A stretch of DNA of 64,000 bases from Eledone cirrhosa (GCA_964016885.1 OZ024747.1:35588001-35652000), one strand, 5' to 3'; positions 1 to 14,120 are shown, counted from the first letter of the stretch. The notes: generated by a model not told the origin, from the letters alone. Translations and numbers: made by a program.

Positions 1-1170
1 ATGTAATGCCGTTACCTAGCCATGATGGTATCTTTTCCGGCTCCTTAACCATTTCATTGTAAAGTTGGGCTAACAGCTCCTGAGACTATGTGAAGGCATT
101 TATACAAAATTTGATATTTTGTCTTTTCCTGGGGATTACCATTTGCTGGTTTTTCTAAGAGCCAAACGCAACTGTTCAACTATTATATTTTACCTTGTTT
201 GTTCTTCAAGGTGAGCTGTATCTTTCATTTGTCTGTCTATCCATGGGGTATGTATATTATGGACATTTTCTTCGGCCCAGATCTTTTCCCAGAATTCTTG
301 CACTTCGAAGTTCCTCCATGTCACATTCTTTCATTTTTCATCCATTCGATCATAATTTCATTCTTCAAGTTGGCAAGTTCATTCTCATTCATTTCTTTAT
401 CATTGTTTTCATTTTGAGTTTCATCTTGAGCATGCACTCTTTCCACTTTTTCGATCCTTTCATTAATTTGTTCTGCTGTCAGTGATTCCGTCCCAATCCT
501 GGGCTTTGAAGTGTTACTATTTACCTCGTTTTCACTGACACATGTTTCTTTTTCCCTTCGCTGATTTTGTGCTAATTGCTTGATCTGATCAATTTCTATA
601 TCAGTTTGTAACTTTTTCTTAACAATATTTGTTCGTATATTGGCTAGTTTGTTACTGTCAATATATTCTCTGTTTTCAGGATGTTTCTTTTTTTCAGTTG
701 ATATATGGATGTTCTGTATTCCATCTATTTGATGGGTAGTACATGGCAGTGTAGAAAGCCTCAAGGACTTATTTAGTCTCTTCACTTGACCATTTTTCTC
801 TCTTTTTCTTTGGATTTCTTGGTGGTGAGCATGGAGAGCCAACAGTAGGAGTATTCCGGTTATGGGAGGTCTCCAGCTCCGAATTGATGGAAAGGTTTGA
901 ACCATTAGCTGATTTTTCGCCCCAGTCTGGTTCCTCTCTGAGGAACGCAGCCCTTTTTGACCCGGGTGACGGGCGATCCGGTATGAGATGTTATCATTTG
1001 ACATTGGCTTTATTTTGTTGCGTTTTATCCTTAACCGCCAAGGGGTAATAATTTCGTGTTACCACTCCTAGGACGAGTGTCAACCAAGATTAGAGGTGTC
1101 GTCCTCCCCTAGAGTCACCGCTATTCCCCACCGGCCGCTATCCCGGTATTTCTTGGCAACGGGGTTTTCT
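1..1170 (-). mobile_element. 5' part of an R4/Dong-like non-LTR retrotransposon (degenerate, frameshifted)
   Basis: ORF 321-1004(-) contains 'HPENREYIDSNKLANIRTNIVKKKLQTDIEIDQIK', resembling the N-terminal region of R4/Dong ORFs. A GC-richer putative 5' UTR lies at ~1005-1170 and (TTA)n tracts are nearby. Confidence 0.55.
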
Positions 1171-1264
1171 TTTTTTTTTTTTTAAATTGTTATTATCATG
1201 AGTGGTTCCTTAATGTGAGCACTGCGTGGCTTACGAACGAAATTATTATTATTAATAATAATGT

Positions 1265-1295
<31 letters not shown>

Positions 1296-1559
1296 TTCTG
1301 TCATTATTGTTTCTGAGATATATGCCGAGTGTCTTCCTGACACCTAGGGCAAATAACTTCACAGTGTGCATTGGTAAGCCAGTTAATACATCACATTGAT
1401 TATAATAAAGAAAAACACAGAAAAACCCTATGCATATATACACTTGTGCATATGCATATGTAAATACAAGGAGGTATATCAATCTTACATAGATAGTGCT
1501 CTTCTCAATACGTGTGCAGTAACAGTCAAAACTATTTTGCACCTCGTACAGAGAGTGTA

Positions 1560-2070
1560 AACCAGGAATCGCAATGCTGAGGTTGAAACAGTGGATCAAT
1601 TAGTCTCTGGATGTAAAGTTTTAGCACCAGTAGAATACAAATATAGACATGACAGAGTTGGCCAATATCTACACTGGGTAATATGTCGGCATTACAAAAT
1701 CAAAGCTAAAGACAAGTGGTACAATCATCACCCTGAGGCTGTAACTGAAGGAGAAAAAGTTATTATCTGGAACTTTCTCTGTACATACTGACAGGACCAT
1801 AAAAGCAAATAGACCTGACACCATTGTAAAAGTTGAACATAACAAGGTCTGTTTATTGATAGATATGAGCATCCCATGCGATCACAATATCGCGGCAAAA
1901 GAATTTGACAAGCTACGAAAATATAAAGATCTGCTTATTGAAATTGAGAAAATGTTGCACCTCAAGGCGGTTATAATACCAGTGTTTGTGTGAGGACTGG
2001 GAATGATCAAGAAAGGAACAGAACAATATTTGCGAATTATTCCTGGTTTATTATTATTATTATTATTATT
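1560..2070 (+). mobile_element. 3' fragment of an R4/Dong-like LINE: CCHC-type zinc knuckle remnant plus restriction-like (PD..D/ExK) endonuclease
   Basis: Translation across frameshifts: ETVDQLVSGC..YKYRHDRV..HW..TDRTIKANRPDTIVK..CLLIDMSIP..KEFDKLRKYKDL..IIPV..GLGMI, ending in (TTA)n at ~2048-2070. Confidence 0.8.
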
Positions 2071-3654
2071 TTGTATTATGAATTCACAATTGATTTCATC
2101 ATGTGTCCCAATTGAAGATTAAATCTAATTCAGTATAACAAATTTCTATACAACTTATTTTGTTTTTTCTTCTAATATATAAGGATCAATTTCATTCCCG
2201 AGCAACACCGGGTCCCTCCATTAGTAAATATATTAAATGAGAATCCATGTGTTAAATGTTTCAGTTTATGTAGTAGCATATCTATATTTTGTTTGCCCCG
2301 AACACTTATTTTTAATACAGACATTGCCTTCTCCATAATTCTATTCCCGTTTTAGACATTAGAGCCTCACATTTGAGATCTTCTCGTCATCACAATTTAT
2401 TCTCGTTAAGTGTATCTGCACAGATATGAAGAAGCCATCAGTAACACCATTAATAAAGAATGTAATGCTAAATGTTATCGCAAAATTGATGCAATGATAT
2501 TGAGGCGTGGTTTTACAATAGTTTAACCCCAGTCATCATTCGGTTAGCGAGTGACGTAACAATGTTTTCATTTATCTTTCCAATGTAAATATTATCTACC
2601 GGTCGCATTTCCTGGCAGTAATAGATTCTAGTAATTCTCTGTATTACCTAGGCTATTATTTATTTTCTATACTACAATATGGCAAATTCAAATTTAATTT
2701 ATACCTTTTGCTTTATTCATTCCCGTACTTTATGTACTCCCGGTGTGAATAGAGCATAACTTCTATTATTTACTTAACCAGATGTTCACTGAATTATGTG
2801 ATGTTCAACGGTATATATGATAAGAAATATTAAATGAAATCACTTAATATATAGAGAAAATAATGGTGACAGCGACGAAATATCTATATAATAATTGCCT
2901 CAAAACGAAAAAAAAGATATTAACCACAAAATGCGCAAAATGTAATTCAAACATGTTTATTATGATTTATGCAATATGCAAGATGCCGATCTTTTCAAAT
3001 TTGCTCTAATACACAACCATGTACATAATACCATACATATAAATATATTTATCTATTGTTTAAGTGTGTTAAGACAATAATTGATAATATAATATCTAGC
3101 ATCGGATTTCAAATATTGTAATAGCTTCGAACAGCAGAGGTTAGTTCAATTGAATATGCATTTAGGTATTCTTTGTCATATCGCCATGTGCAATGTTTCT
3201 CCTTCTGATGGAAGCCCTGAAGCCTACTTCCATTTCAGAGGAGTTTCCGTACTTTAGTTAATGAACCATGAACTTGATACAAGGCTAATTTATCCATATA
3301 GAATGGATACATTTCATTATATATCCCTACACTTTACCCTGTACTGAATGCAGATCTGTTGTCCAAAATTAGTTTATATTTCAGGAGTAATTATAAAAAT
3401 GCAATGTACATGTGATCTGAATTCACACATGCATCATAAAGATTCGCACTATACACATAGTATGTCTTATATGTAGGAAACGGTATTCATAAGATACATG
3501 TATAACTTATATAAATGTCACCAAAATATAATTCATTCATTTACTCTAATATAGGTTTTACTGTTAATTCCGTTAACTCATGCTTATTATTCTACTAGCA
3601 ATAGATAGTTAGGAATTGATGTAAATCAAATAATAATTGTTTCTACTTTATAAT

Positions 3655-3833
3655 GGTTTCTACTTTAGGCACAAGGCCATCAATTACCCAGTACATTACT
3701 GGTACTTTATTTTATCGACCCCGTAAGGATGAAAGGCAAAGTTAACCTCGCGGGATTTGAACTCAGACTGTAAAGGGACGTACCTATGCTACAAAACATG
3801 GCGTCCAACCCTCTACCGATACTGCCAATGCAC
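3655..3833 (-). mobile_element. tRNA-derived SINE, family 1
   Basis: The minus strand reads TGGCAGTATCGGTAGAG (A-box-like)...GAGTTCAAATCC (B-box)...GCCTTTCATCCTTACGGGGTCGATAAAATAAAGTACCAG. At least 8 copies occur in the window. Confidence 0.85.
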
Positions 3834-4899
3834 TGATCAAATAATAATGTTCGATATAGCAGAATTTGTAAAGATTCACCTCATAATAGGTTACTGAGTC
3901 ATTGGACAATGCGTCGGTTGTGATTTACTTATTGCTCCCATATAGATCAGTAATTGGCAGAGTCATAGAAAGTCGGCTACAATTATTTCCATAACTTTGA
4001 ATTTAATACAACACTTCGGAATAAAAAAATGGTATACAGTCGTTGGCGTTTGTAGTAATAATATAATAAGTATTACAAATACATTACATATGTTAAATAT
4101 CTGATACAAATAGCCATAGCTTATATTCATTTCTTAATTATTACCGTGTAAGTCACATCAACATAAGGAAATGAAAATAATCGCAAGAGGTTTTGATAAA
4201 ACTCAATATAATATCGACATTTTGTCACGCAAATAATAATGGCGTCTCAGTTCATTGGGTTCATTACTTACAGATATTAGAAAAGGGCCGGAAATAAAAT
4301 ACATAAATAATTGATAACAAACAATAAACAGATGCATATCTAAATTATGGAATGAACAAGAAATTGCAGTGGTATTTAAGTACTTAAGGGTGGATGTAGA
4401 TATATGTAACAAACATTATAAATCTTATGTAAATTACCAATAAGGTTTTGTAACAATGATAATAGAATATTAGAAATATTAGAACGGAAACTCGATATTC
4501 CTTTCCTTCAAAGCCGACACGAAGAACGTGATCAGACGAGAGGGTAACGTTTCTTTAGAAACGTGCGAATGAAATATTTATTTCGATTTCTCATTTCACG
4601 CACGATTCGTGAATGATTTTATCCATTTTCCGTTGTAAAGAAGACCCTTTGTTCCATTGCAAGAAATTAGTAGTGGTAATGTTATGATCACGTCACGCTC
4701 AGTCACTTCCTAGTCACGTTATTCCATCCAATAAAATTAACCTCCTGGCCATACTCAATTTATTTACTGACTGGTAAACATAATTATCATGTATAGAAGA
4801 TAATATCATAGATTAGTTACACACATACAGAGACAAACAGACACACAGATACACAGACATGCACACACACAGACATGCACACACACACACCACACACAA

Positions 4900-4930
<31 letters not shown>

Positions 4931-4940
4931 ACATACATAT

Positions 4941-5043
<103 letters not shown>

Positions 5044-5289
5044 TACAAACATACATATAGGTATGTATGTGTAATCTGAATGACATGTCGAATATATAAT
5101 TTTCATCAGATGATGCACCTACAGTACTACACAGAGAGGCACAAATAAGCAGGAACACGCAATTACACACCGATACATATATGCACATATATACATACAC
5201 ACACTCCCACCATACACACATATATATAACTATATATAAATAATATAAGCAAAAGGGATATTCAATTTGTTGGTAATTCAACAAATATA

Positions 5290-5445
5290 AATGTTTGTAA
5301 CTGATTCAGACCACTCGACAGTGCTTCTGGAGTATAATATTCAATGATATTAATTAAATGGAAACTATATTTATAAAACCATATTTATTCTATTATATAT
5401 ATTTCAAGGGTACAAAAACTTTGGTACGCTTTCATCAGATAATAT

Positions 5446-5450
<5 letters not shown>
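5290..5450 (-). mobile_element. PLE 3'-terminal (pLTR) remnant with hammerhead motif, family A
   Basis: HHR at 5390-5442(-): CTGATGA-aagcgtac..gtaccctt-GAA-ATATATAT-A. It is followed by an ACTCC..GAGTG tail. Homologous to 13078-13180 and 17770-18011. Confidence 0.7.
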
Positions 5451-5532
<82 letters not shown>

Positions 5533-5756
5533 TATATTTATATATATAACTGTTTCGAAATACTTACTTCTGCGTCCACAGATTCATTTTTTTAGTTTCA
5601 GGAGATTCCCTTAAGGGTGAAAGCAGCGATACTTTGCTTATACTTTAATCTGTTCTTACAATAAATATTTTCTCTATGGTTTTATATATTTATATATATA
5701 TATATTATCCTTATCGAACCCCCTTCAGATTTAAGTCTTCACATTTATTATTATTA

Positions 5757-5792
<36 letters not shown>

Positions 5793-6045
5793 ACATACTC
5801 AGATTTCTGTTGAATTACAACATCCGACGAGCAGATTGATACTGGAGTCGGCTACATAGCTTCCGTGGGTGACTTTGAACCAATCATCTGTTAAATGTAC
5901 GTAAGAGCTAGATACTCAGTAAAGATACGTATATGAAACCTCATCTTTTCGTATTACATAAATATACATTTACAAACACATATAGGCATACACGTATATT
6001 CAAATATCTATGAATGCATACACACGCACACACACACGCACGCAC

Positions 6046-6112
<67 letters not shown>

Positions 6113-6143
6113 CGCGCGCGCGCACATAATTACATACATACCA

Positions 6144-7270
6144 GTGGATCACAATGTGTTTGCTCTGCCTTTCCTAACACGAACGTTTGGAATATTCAAT
6201 TTGACGATAGACGAATTCCGAGCAATTGATGTTAGGACTCGAAAATTACTAAACAACACAGGAAATGTCCACATCAACAGTGATATAGACCGCCTTTACT
6301 TGAAACGTAAGCAGGGAGGCAGAGGCCTAACATCAGTCCAGACAGCATTTGAATGTCGCATCATATCCCTCCAATAACATCTACGAATCTCGAAGTGTAG
6401 GAGCCCGTCTATCGAGCAAGTCTGTCTGCATGAGACAGATAAGATCATGAGAGTTTGGAAGGAACTCCTTGAAAGATATTCCCTGCCTGATAATCAAAAG
6501 CTCACACCCAGAGAAGTTGTTCAGCAGTACCGCAGTGAATCTATGGATGAAAAGAATGCATGCTTATCAGCAACAAATCATGCATGGATATGTTGCCAGA
6601 CGTGAGAGTAATATAGGTAAACAAAGTAGTCTATCTTGGACCAACAACTGCTATATTGACTCCCACTTTGAAGGATACGCTTTTACAATCCAAAAACAGG
6701 AAATCAACACGAAATACCTGATTCACAAAAGAGATAGGGATGCAGGCAAAACACCTAGATGTAACAACAAATGCAGACTCGGCAGAATTAACATCGATGT
6801 CACCCATATCATAAGTAGCTGTCCAAAGAGGTAATCGCGGTACTACCTGCCTGTGAGGCATGATGTTGTAGCCAAAACACTGTACAATGCAATCCGTAGA
6901 AAAGAAAGCCCCGACAATAAACACATTAAAAGCTACAGCAATGTGGAAGACATACATATACATAATATGAAAGAGCACTGGTGGAATGTTCCAATATAAA
7001 CTCCAATAAAATGCAGGCATAACAGACCAGATATAATGGTATATGACAAGGAAAAGAAGGCATGCACAATAGTGGAAGTTAGCTGTCCAGCAGGTGCCAA
7101 TATAATATCAAAGAATAGCGAAAAGGAGAATATTTTTGCAGAATTAATGAGAAATCTGCCGATACTCCACTCTGACTATATCTTCAGATTTATGCCTGCG
7201 ATTATTGGGGTACTGGGATATGTTAGTAACTGCCTCAATACACATCTTGAGAAGACGAGGTTCACAGAAA
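6144..7270 (+). mobile_element. R4/Dong-like LINE fragment (RT C-terminus, zinc knuckle, RLE endonuclease), degenerate
   Basis: Motifs across frames: DVRTRKLL..SDIDRLYLKRKQGGRGL, EGYAFTIQKQEINTKY, CRL..THIISSCP, RHDVVAK, HNRPDIMVYDK..IVEVSCP, PAIIGVLG. Confidence 0.85.
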
Positions 7271-7684
7271 CATACACATCCACACATGCAATAACATTGA
7301 TACCTGCGCACACATGCATGCATATCTACCTAGTTGATATTGTGTACATTCCAATGAGAGAGTCTTGTATCTTTGTTACAACCCGACTCTCTCGCTTTAT
7401 ATTGGCAAACATTTGTGAAATTATAAAACCAGAAGAAGTTGCATACATAAATATATACATTATTTTGTACTCTATAATCTATTGAAACATAACCCGTAGC
7501 TTTAACAAAATCGCTATGTGGAAATCGATAATTGATTACATCGATTTTTGCTTCGGTTTACTAACTATGAAATGCTATCGCAAGGAGACGAGAAATCTTT
7601 CCACGTTTAAGTATGTACTTTTTCCTAAATATTATGTGCTTTGTATTTTTATACAAAATACTGTTTCTCAAACGATATATGGCT

Positions 7685-7810
<126 letters not shown>

Positions 7811-7835
7811 CTTTTTAATTTGAATTATATATATA

Positions 7836-7953
7836 TAACGAAATTTCATTTCTCACTCTTAGTACGGCTGATACCTAAATATAAGTATATATACGTACAT
7901 ACATATATGTGTACAGACGCAGAGTAGTATGTATATATATATATACATATATG

Positions 7954-8031
<78 letters not shown>

Positions 8032-8290
8032 CGTATGGGTTTACCGAACATTTATTATAATGTTCGGTTTGATTGTAAACAAACCGACATTTATTTTAAT
8101 GTTCGGTTAGTTTGTAAACAAACAGCCCGAATTACGCCGTACAGTGTACTGGAACAATCGTCGCCCTTTTGTTCAAAACTGACACAGGAACGATGTACTA
8201 GTTTCAATCTTATTAGCTATCGTCAGCATCGATTAAATGTAAGTATGTATGTATACGTACATACATATATGTATACAGACGTACAGTAGC

Positions 8291-8359
<69 letters not shown>

Positions 8360-9068
8360 CAGGCACACATATATATATGTACGTATCAGTTTAGTGAACA
8401 TTTATTATAACGTTCGCTTTGTTCGTTTGTAAACAAACGGACAGCCTGATTTATGCCGTACGGTGTTAAAGCAACAACGTCACCTTTTTGTTCAACACTG
8501 ACACAGGAACGATGTACTAGTTTCAAGCTTGTTAGCTATCGTCAGCACCGTATACCCTTCTGCCAGATGGTTGAATGTTCGAAAGTATATACTAAGAGTG
8601 AGAAATGAATATAGTAGCATGTATATATATATATACATGCTACTGTACGTCTGTATACATATATGTATGTACGTATACATACATACTTACATTTAAGTAA
8701 GTGCCGTACTAAGAGTGAGAAATGAAATTTCGTTTCATTCTATTCCAATTTATCGTTTTCGGTGCGCCTGGCGACTGAACTCACTCGATATGCAAATTAG
8801 GCTGCTCAGCCGTTAATTTTCATAAGGATGGTATATACTTTCGAACGTTCAACCATCTGGCAGAAGGGTATACGGTGCTGACGATAGCTAACAAGCTTGA
8901 AACTAGTACATCGTTCCTGTGTCAGTGTTGAACAAAAAGGTTACGTGGTTGCCTTAACACCGTACGGCATAAATCAGGCTGTCCGTTTGTTTACAAACGA
9001 ACAAAGCGAACGTTATAATAAATGTTCACTAAACTGATACGTACATATATATATATGTGTGCCTGTAC

Positions 9069-9114
<46 letters not shown>

Positions 9115-9228
9115 GCTACTGTACGTCTGTATACATATATGTATGTACGTATACATACCTACTTACATTTAAGTAAGTGCCGTACTAAGAGTGAGTAATG
9201 AAATTTCGTTTCATTCTATTCCAATTTA
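7836..9228. mobile_element. Cluster of family-B HHR repeats (retrozyme-like) in inverted arrangement
   Basis: HHRs at 8190-8231(-), 8510-8552(-) and 8872-8914(+). Arms 8233-8592 and 8831-9172 are near-perfect inverted repeats. Confidence 0.85.
8872..8914 (+). ncRNA. Type I hammerhead ribozyme, family B
   Basis: ACGGTG-CTGACGA-T-AGCT-aaca-AGCT-T-GAA-ACTAGT-A^CATCGT; predicted cleavage after 8908. Confidence 0.85.
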
Positions 9229-9564
9229 TATATATATATATAGAGAGAGAGAGAGAAATTATACTGTTGGCCGCCCTATTATTTTTAGTTTTTTGCCACT
9301 GCCTATACTATGCAGTGTTCTCAAGTTTTGTGGCATTGATAATCTATCATTCATAAAATAACCCCCCCCCCCAAAAAAAAAAAATAATAATAGTCCATTG
9401 CTCAATATTCTAATATATGTTTGTTGTTGTGTAGTGACGAAATCAAAATATCAGAAAATACCTCTTTGCATTTCTTAATCAATTTTCACTATATTGAAAA
9501 TGCGACGAATTGGAAGAGTCTTTAGAACGTCGGCTAAATTGTTTTGCGTTATTCGTTTCGCGTA

Positions 9565-9640
9565 TCTGCTCGGTTATTTCAAACCCCATCAAGGTCAATT
9601 TTGCCTTTCATCCTATCGAGGTTGATAAACAAGAACTAAT
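9565..9640 (+). mobile_element. Degenerate family-1 SINE fragment
   Basis: Contains TTTGCCTTTCATCCTATCGAGGTTGATAAA, matching the family-1 central domain. Confidence 0.6.
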
Positions 9641-10419
9641 GAAGTACTCTTTATCATTTCCTGTCTCTCACTTTCTATCCTTCTCTGGAAGAAATCTGTT
9701 GTCCTCAAACCTGGAGAGGATTGGGCTCCACCAAATTTAAAAAGGACCTAAGAATCGCCGTATGTCAATATGACACCCCTACGACATCTCGGGAGTTACG
9801 GAACTATGCATTGTCCTATATTGATAGTAAGAATTTGGTTCTATACATGGTTGATTGCTTTGTGTTTAGAACGATAATTCTGCAACGAAAACTACGATAT
9901 AAAATAAATAATCCCAAGTAAGCATTGATTCGTGTTCTCTTACGGATACTTAGATACATGAAATTCAATGTGGACGGCGGTGAATATTGAACGAAGAAAT
10001 GAAATACATTAAGGTACAATGTGTAAAATTGTAGATTAACACAACTATTATGAGCCAAAACTTTCTACCAATCCAGTCTCTTAATAGCGTCAATAAATCA
10101 TTTTTATCACTTCCCAACTAATATTCTCCATTTATATTCTGCGTACTGTTTCATAATTTATAATTTTGTTATCCTATAGTTTAAAAGAAAAAAACAAAAC
10201 AATATTATTTTCGCCAATTTTCCGTTGATAAATGTCATTTCGTATAACCTTTTAACTGGATGAAATTTCTCTCTGTGAATCAAAGAGATATTAACATACC
10301 ATTTAACGCTTCGCTAGTCGTTGATTTTCTTCTAATACTGCTAGGCAGGTATTTATATCCTCGCAATATTATTATTGTTACTATTATCTTTATTAATATC
10401 AGTTATATTTGGTATCGAT

Positions 10420-10587
10420 ATTATTATTATTATTATTATTATTATTGTCATCATCATTATTGGATCAATGGAATGCTTCCGATAATTTCGACGATCGATG
10501 CCTAGAGGCTGTCCTCAATACAGCCGACTTTGGTCACGTCCTCAGAGGTTGGATCACTGCAGTGCTGCTGCTCTGCTACTACTACTA

Positions 10588-10619
<32 letters not shown>

Positions 10620-10740
10620 ACTGCTACTACTACTACTACTACTACTACTAGTACTACTACTAGTACTACTACCGCTGCTACTGCTGCTGCTGCTGCTTTT
10701 GCTGCTACTACTACTAGTAGTAGTAATAATAATAATGGAT
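10420..10740. repeat. (TTA)n plus compound (CTA)n/(CTG)n trinucleotide repeats, with a possible R4-like 3' remnant at 10470-10560(-)
   Basis: The repeats are seen directly. The minus strand gives 'KSAVLRTA', similar to the R4/Dong C-terminal QK.A.LGTA motif, running toward a TAA tail. Confidence 0.7.
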
Positions 10741-10984
10741 TCCGATTTAGACACAGGGCCAACAATATTGCGCAAAGGGAAATATCGACCTTGTACATCC
10801 ACTAATTTAGGCCCTTTGCCTTCTTAGCATGTATCGCGTACTTCTTCGATTTGTGCTTTTCTCGTAGTACGGCAGACTATTAATATATATATCTGCTATA
10901 TCAAATGTTAACATAATATATACCTTCCATATACTGTACCGATTGTGTTGTTATTTCTGTTTAGCTTTTAGATACACACACACA

Positions 10985-12209
10985 CTATGGTTACTAAACA
11001 CTGTACTGCTTAATGTGGGCTGTTTGTTTGTTTACAAACACAACGAGCATTATAATAAATGTTCGATAAATCCATACGTACATATATATATGTGTGTATC
11101 TATGTATATATATATATACATACTACTGTACGTCTGTATACATATATGTATGTACGTGTCCATACATATATTTAATTAACAGCCGTACTAAGAGTGAGAA
11201 AAGAAATTTCGTTTCATTTTTTCCCTTTATCGTTTTCGGTGCGCCCGGCCGACTAACTCACTCGATATTCAAATTAGGCTGTTCAGCCGTTAATATGCAT
11301 ACGGTAAGTATATACGTTCAACAATCTGGCAGGAAGGTATACGTTGCTGACGATAACTAATAAGCTTGAAACTAGTACAGCGTTCCTTTGTCAGTGTTCA
11401 ACAAACGAGCAACTACGGTTGCTAGACACTACGGCTTAATACGGGATGTTTGTTTACAAACACACCGAACATTATAATAAATGTTCGGTAATCCATACGT
11501 ACATATCTCAGACGTTCAATCATCTGGCAGGAAGGTATACGATGCTGACGATAGCTAATAAGCTTGAAACTAGTACATCGTTCCTTTGTCAGTGTTGAAC
11601 AAAAGGGCAACGATGGTTGCTAAACACCGTACGGCTTAATGAGGGTTGTTTGTTTGTTTACAAACAAAACGCGCATTATAATAAATATTCGATAAACGCA
11701 AAACGTACATATATATGTATGTGTGCATGTATGTATATATATACATACTACTGTACGTCTGTATACATATATGTATGTACGTGTACATACTTATATTTAA
11801 GTAACAGCCGTACTAAGAGTGGGAAATGAAATTCCGTTTCATTTTTTCGTTTATCGTTTTCGGTGCGCCCGGCCGATTAACCCACTCGATATGCAAATTG
11901 GGCTACTCAGCCGTTAATATGCATACGGTAAGTATATACGTTCAACAATCTGGCAGGAAGGTATACGTTGCTGACGATAGCTAATAAGCTTGAAACTAGT
12001 ACAGCGTTCCTTTGTCAGTGTTGAAAAAACGAGCAACTACGGTTGCTAGACACTACGGCTTAATACGGGATGTTTGTTTACAAACACACCGAACATTATA
12101 ATAAATGTTCGGTAATCCATACGTACATATATATATGTGTGCATGTATGTATATATATATATACATACTACTGTACGTCTGTATACATATATGTATGTAC
12201 GTGTCCATA

Positions 12210-12212
<3 letters not shown>
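10985..12212 (+). mobile_element. Tandem non-coding HHR repeat array (non-LTR retrozyme-like), family B
   Basis: Three head-to-tail HHRs with CTGACGA at 11347, 11545 and 11971. Predicted cleavage after 11377, 11575 and 12001, giving units of 198 and 426 nt. No meaningful ORF. Confidence 0.85.
11525..11592 (+). ncRNA. Type I hammerhead ribozyme with extended, bulged stem I (best family-B copy)
   Basis: TGGCA-GGAA-ggtat-ACGATG-CTGACGA-T-AGCT-aata-AGCT-T-GAA-ACTAGT-A^CATCGT-TCC-tt-TGTCA. Confidence 0.9.
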
Positions 12213-12293
<81 letters not shown>

Positions 12294-12299
12294 TATAAC

Positions 12300-12644
12300 C
12301 AAAAGTTAAACAAGGTTCATTGATTAATCAATGAATATAGTTTACAATAGAGTAGGAGCACTCAACAGTATTTTCTGGAGTTATTAATATTAATTGAAAA
12401 TATTAACAAATATAGACATTCATGTAATCAAATATATTTTATTATATATATTTCCGAGATAGTGTGCTGTTTCGTCAGTACGTCCTCAAGACTGGAATTG
12501 AACCATCAGCACAGTTGAGGTATGTCAGACATCAATTTATTTTATGTGATGAGGACATACTGAGGAAACAGCACAGCACCTCTGAAATATATATAATAAA
12601 ATATATTTGATTACATGAATGTCTATATTAATTCATATTTTGAA

Positions 12645-12651
<7 letters not shown>
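12300..12651. mobile_element. Small fold-back PLE-derived element with HHR-like cores in both arms
   Basis: Inverted arms ~12387-12489 and 12550-12651 carry CTGA(C/G)GA..GAAATATATATA. The left arm extends through an ACTCC..GAGTGCT tail. Flanked by (TA)n. Confidence 0.7.
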
Positions 12652-12687
<36 letters not shown>

Positions 12688-13077
12688 CCCATAAGAAACG
12701 GAGAATCAGTGGTGCGACGAATAAGATTTATTAGACATATTACAATCGTTGCTCTGGCGACCAGCCCAAGGCACGATCGATGCAATGATCAAACCTGAAT
12801 CTGAAATCGGAAGATCCTCAGATTTGTCTTGATTCTACGAAGCAGAATGTCCAGTTACACCCGCGGCCTTCACTCTTATGTGATATTATACTCTGCTCTG
12901 TAAGAACATCGAGTGATCAAACGGCATACCGCTTACGGACTCTTTAAGCATCTCTCATCAATTATATATATATATATATATGTAGAGGTTTTATTTAATG
13001 TGTTGGGATACAACACGAATGGTTGCATTTTTTAAGGGTATGTCAATATTTATTTATAAAACTAACCTATATTATAA

Positions 13078-13137
13078 TTTATCTGATGAAAGCGCACCAT
13101 AGTTTACCTTGGTGTCCCTTGAAACATGTATAATGAA
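13078..13137 (+). ncRNA. Hammerhead motif, family A
   Basis: TTTAT-CTGATGA-aagcgcacca..tggtgtccctt-GAA-acatgtat-A^ATGAA. Confidence 0.65.
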
Positions 13138-13846
13138 ATAAATATGGTTTTATAAATATAGTTTCCATGTGTTAATATATATATATCTAAACAATTCTCC
13201 CTAAGACGAACCCACAACATACATACCTACATCAGCATACATCCTACATACATTTCTATCCACATATAAACACAATGACATACGTAAACACACATGTTCT
13301 ATGGTGCAACACAAATGTACACAAATTTGCATACCTTTTGATGTCTATAGATATAAACGCGCCGACACACACACATACATATACGCACACATGCATTGCA
13401 CACTGATGGGCACATAGATATTTGTACACAAGTATTCCAATACGGCAGGGCCTAATGTATTCCCCTTGCAGTACGTACAATCTGGACGCTCACACATACC
13501 TTGGTGTTATGACAACACTATACATCATTTCACCCCTTTTATTATTAATGTTTTCGATGTTCTTTTGAGAGAACCGTTTTTGCAAATTACTGAAAATATC
13601 GAATAATGTACACCCTTGTTACCAGTATCACAAAAATACTGGTCCATCCACACACACACCCACATATACACACATACATACACACGCGTACACTAACATA
13701 CAAACATACGTTTACACACACACACACGCACACATTTCTCCGTATAAGACAAGAGCTGAAAAATATCTTCCAACATGTTAAGATATCCCCCACACACGTA
13801 CAGACACATTCCTACTGACCGAATCCCTCTACCACGAACCACTCTG

Positions 13847-13962
<116 letters not shown>

Positions 13963-14077
13963 TCACACACACATACACATATTTGTCTTAATAAACACCT
14001 GAACTGTTGACCTTTCAACATGACTGCAATTCACACACATCCCTTACTGGCCATTATCACAACAATGAACCTCTTTA

Positions 14078-14120
<43 letters not shown>

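Noticed and set aside
1030-1170. Possible HDV-like ribozyme in the R4/Dong 5' UTR
   Set aside because: The region is GC-rich and structured-looking, but I could not assign the nested double pseudoknot by eye.
10409-10827. Poly-L/T/A/S/V ORFs
   Set aside because: They are trinucleotide repeat tracts open in several frames on both strands.
10985-12212. Possible CRISPR-like array
   Set aside because: The whole unit repeats with no unique spacers, there are no cas genes, and the context is eukaryotic.
12735-12825. Degenerate minus-strand HHR in a PLE-tail-like fragment
   Set aside because: GAA is replaced by GCA and the stems are weak; not supportable as a ribozyme.
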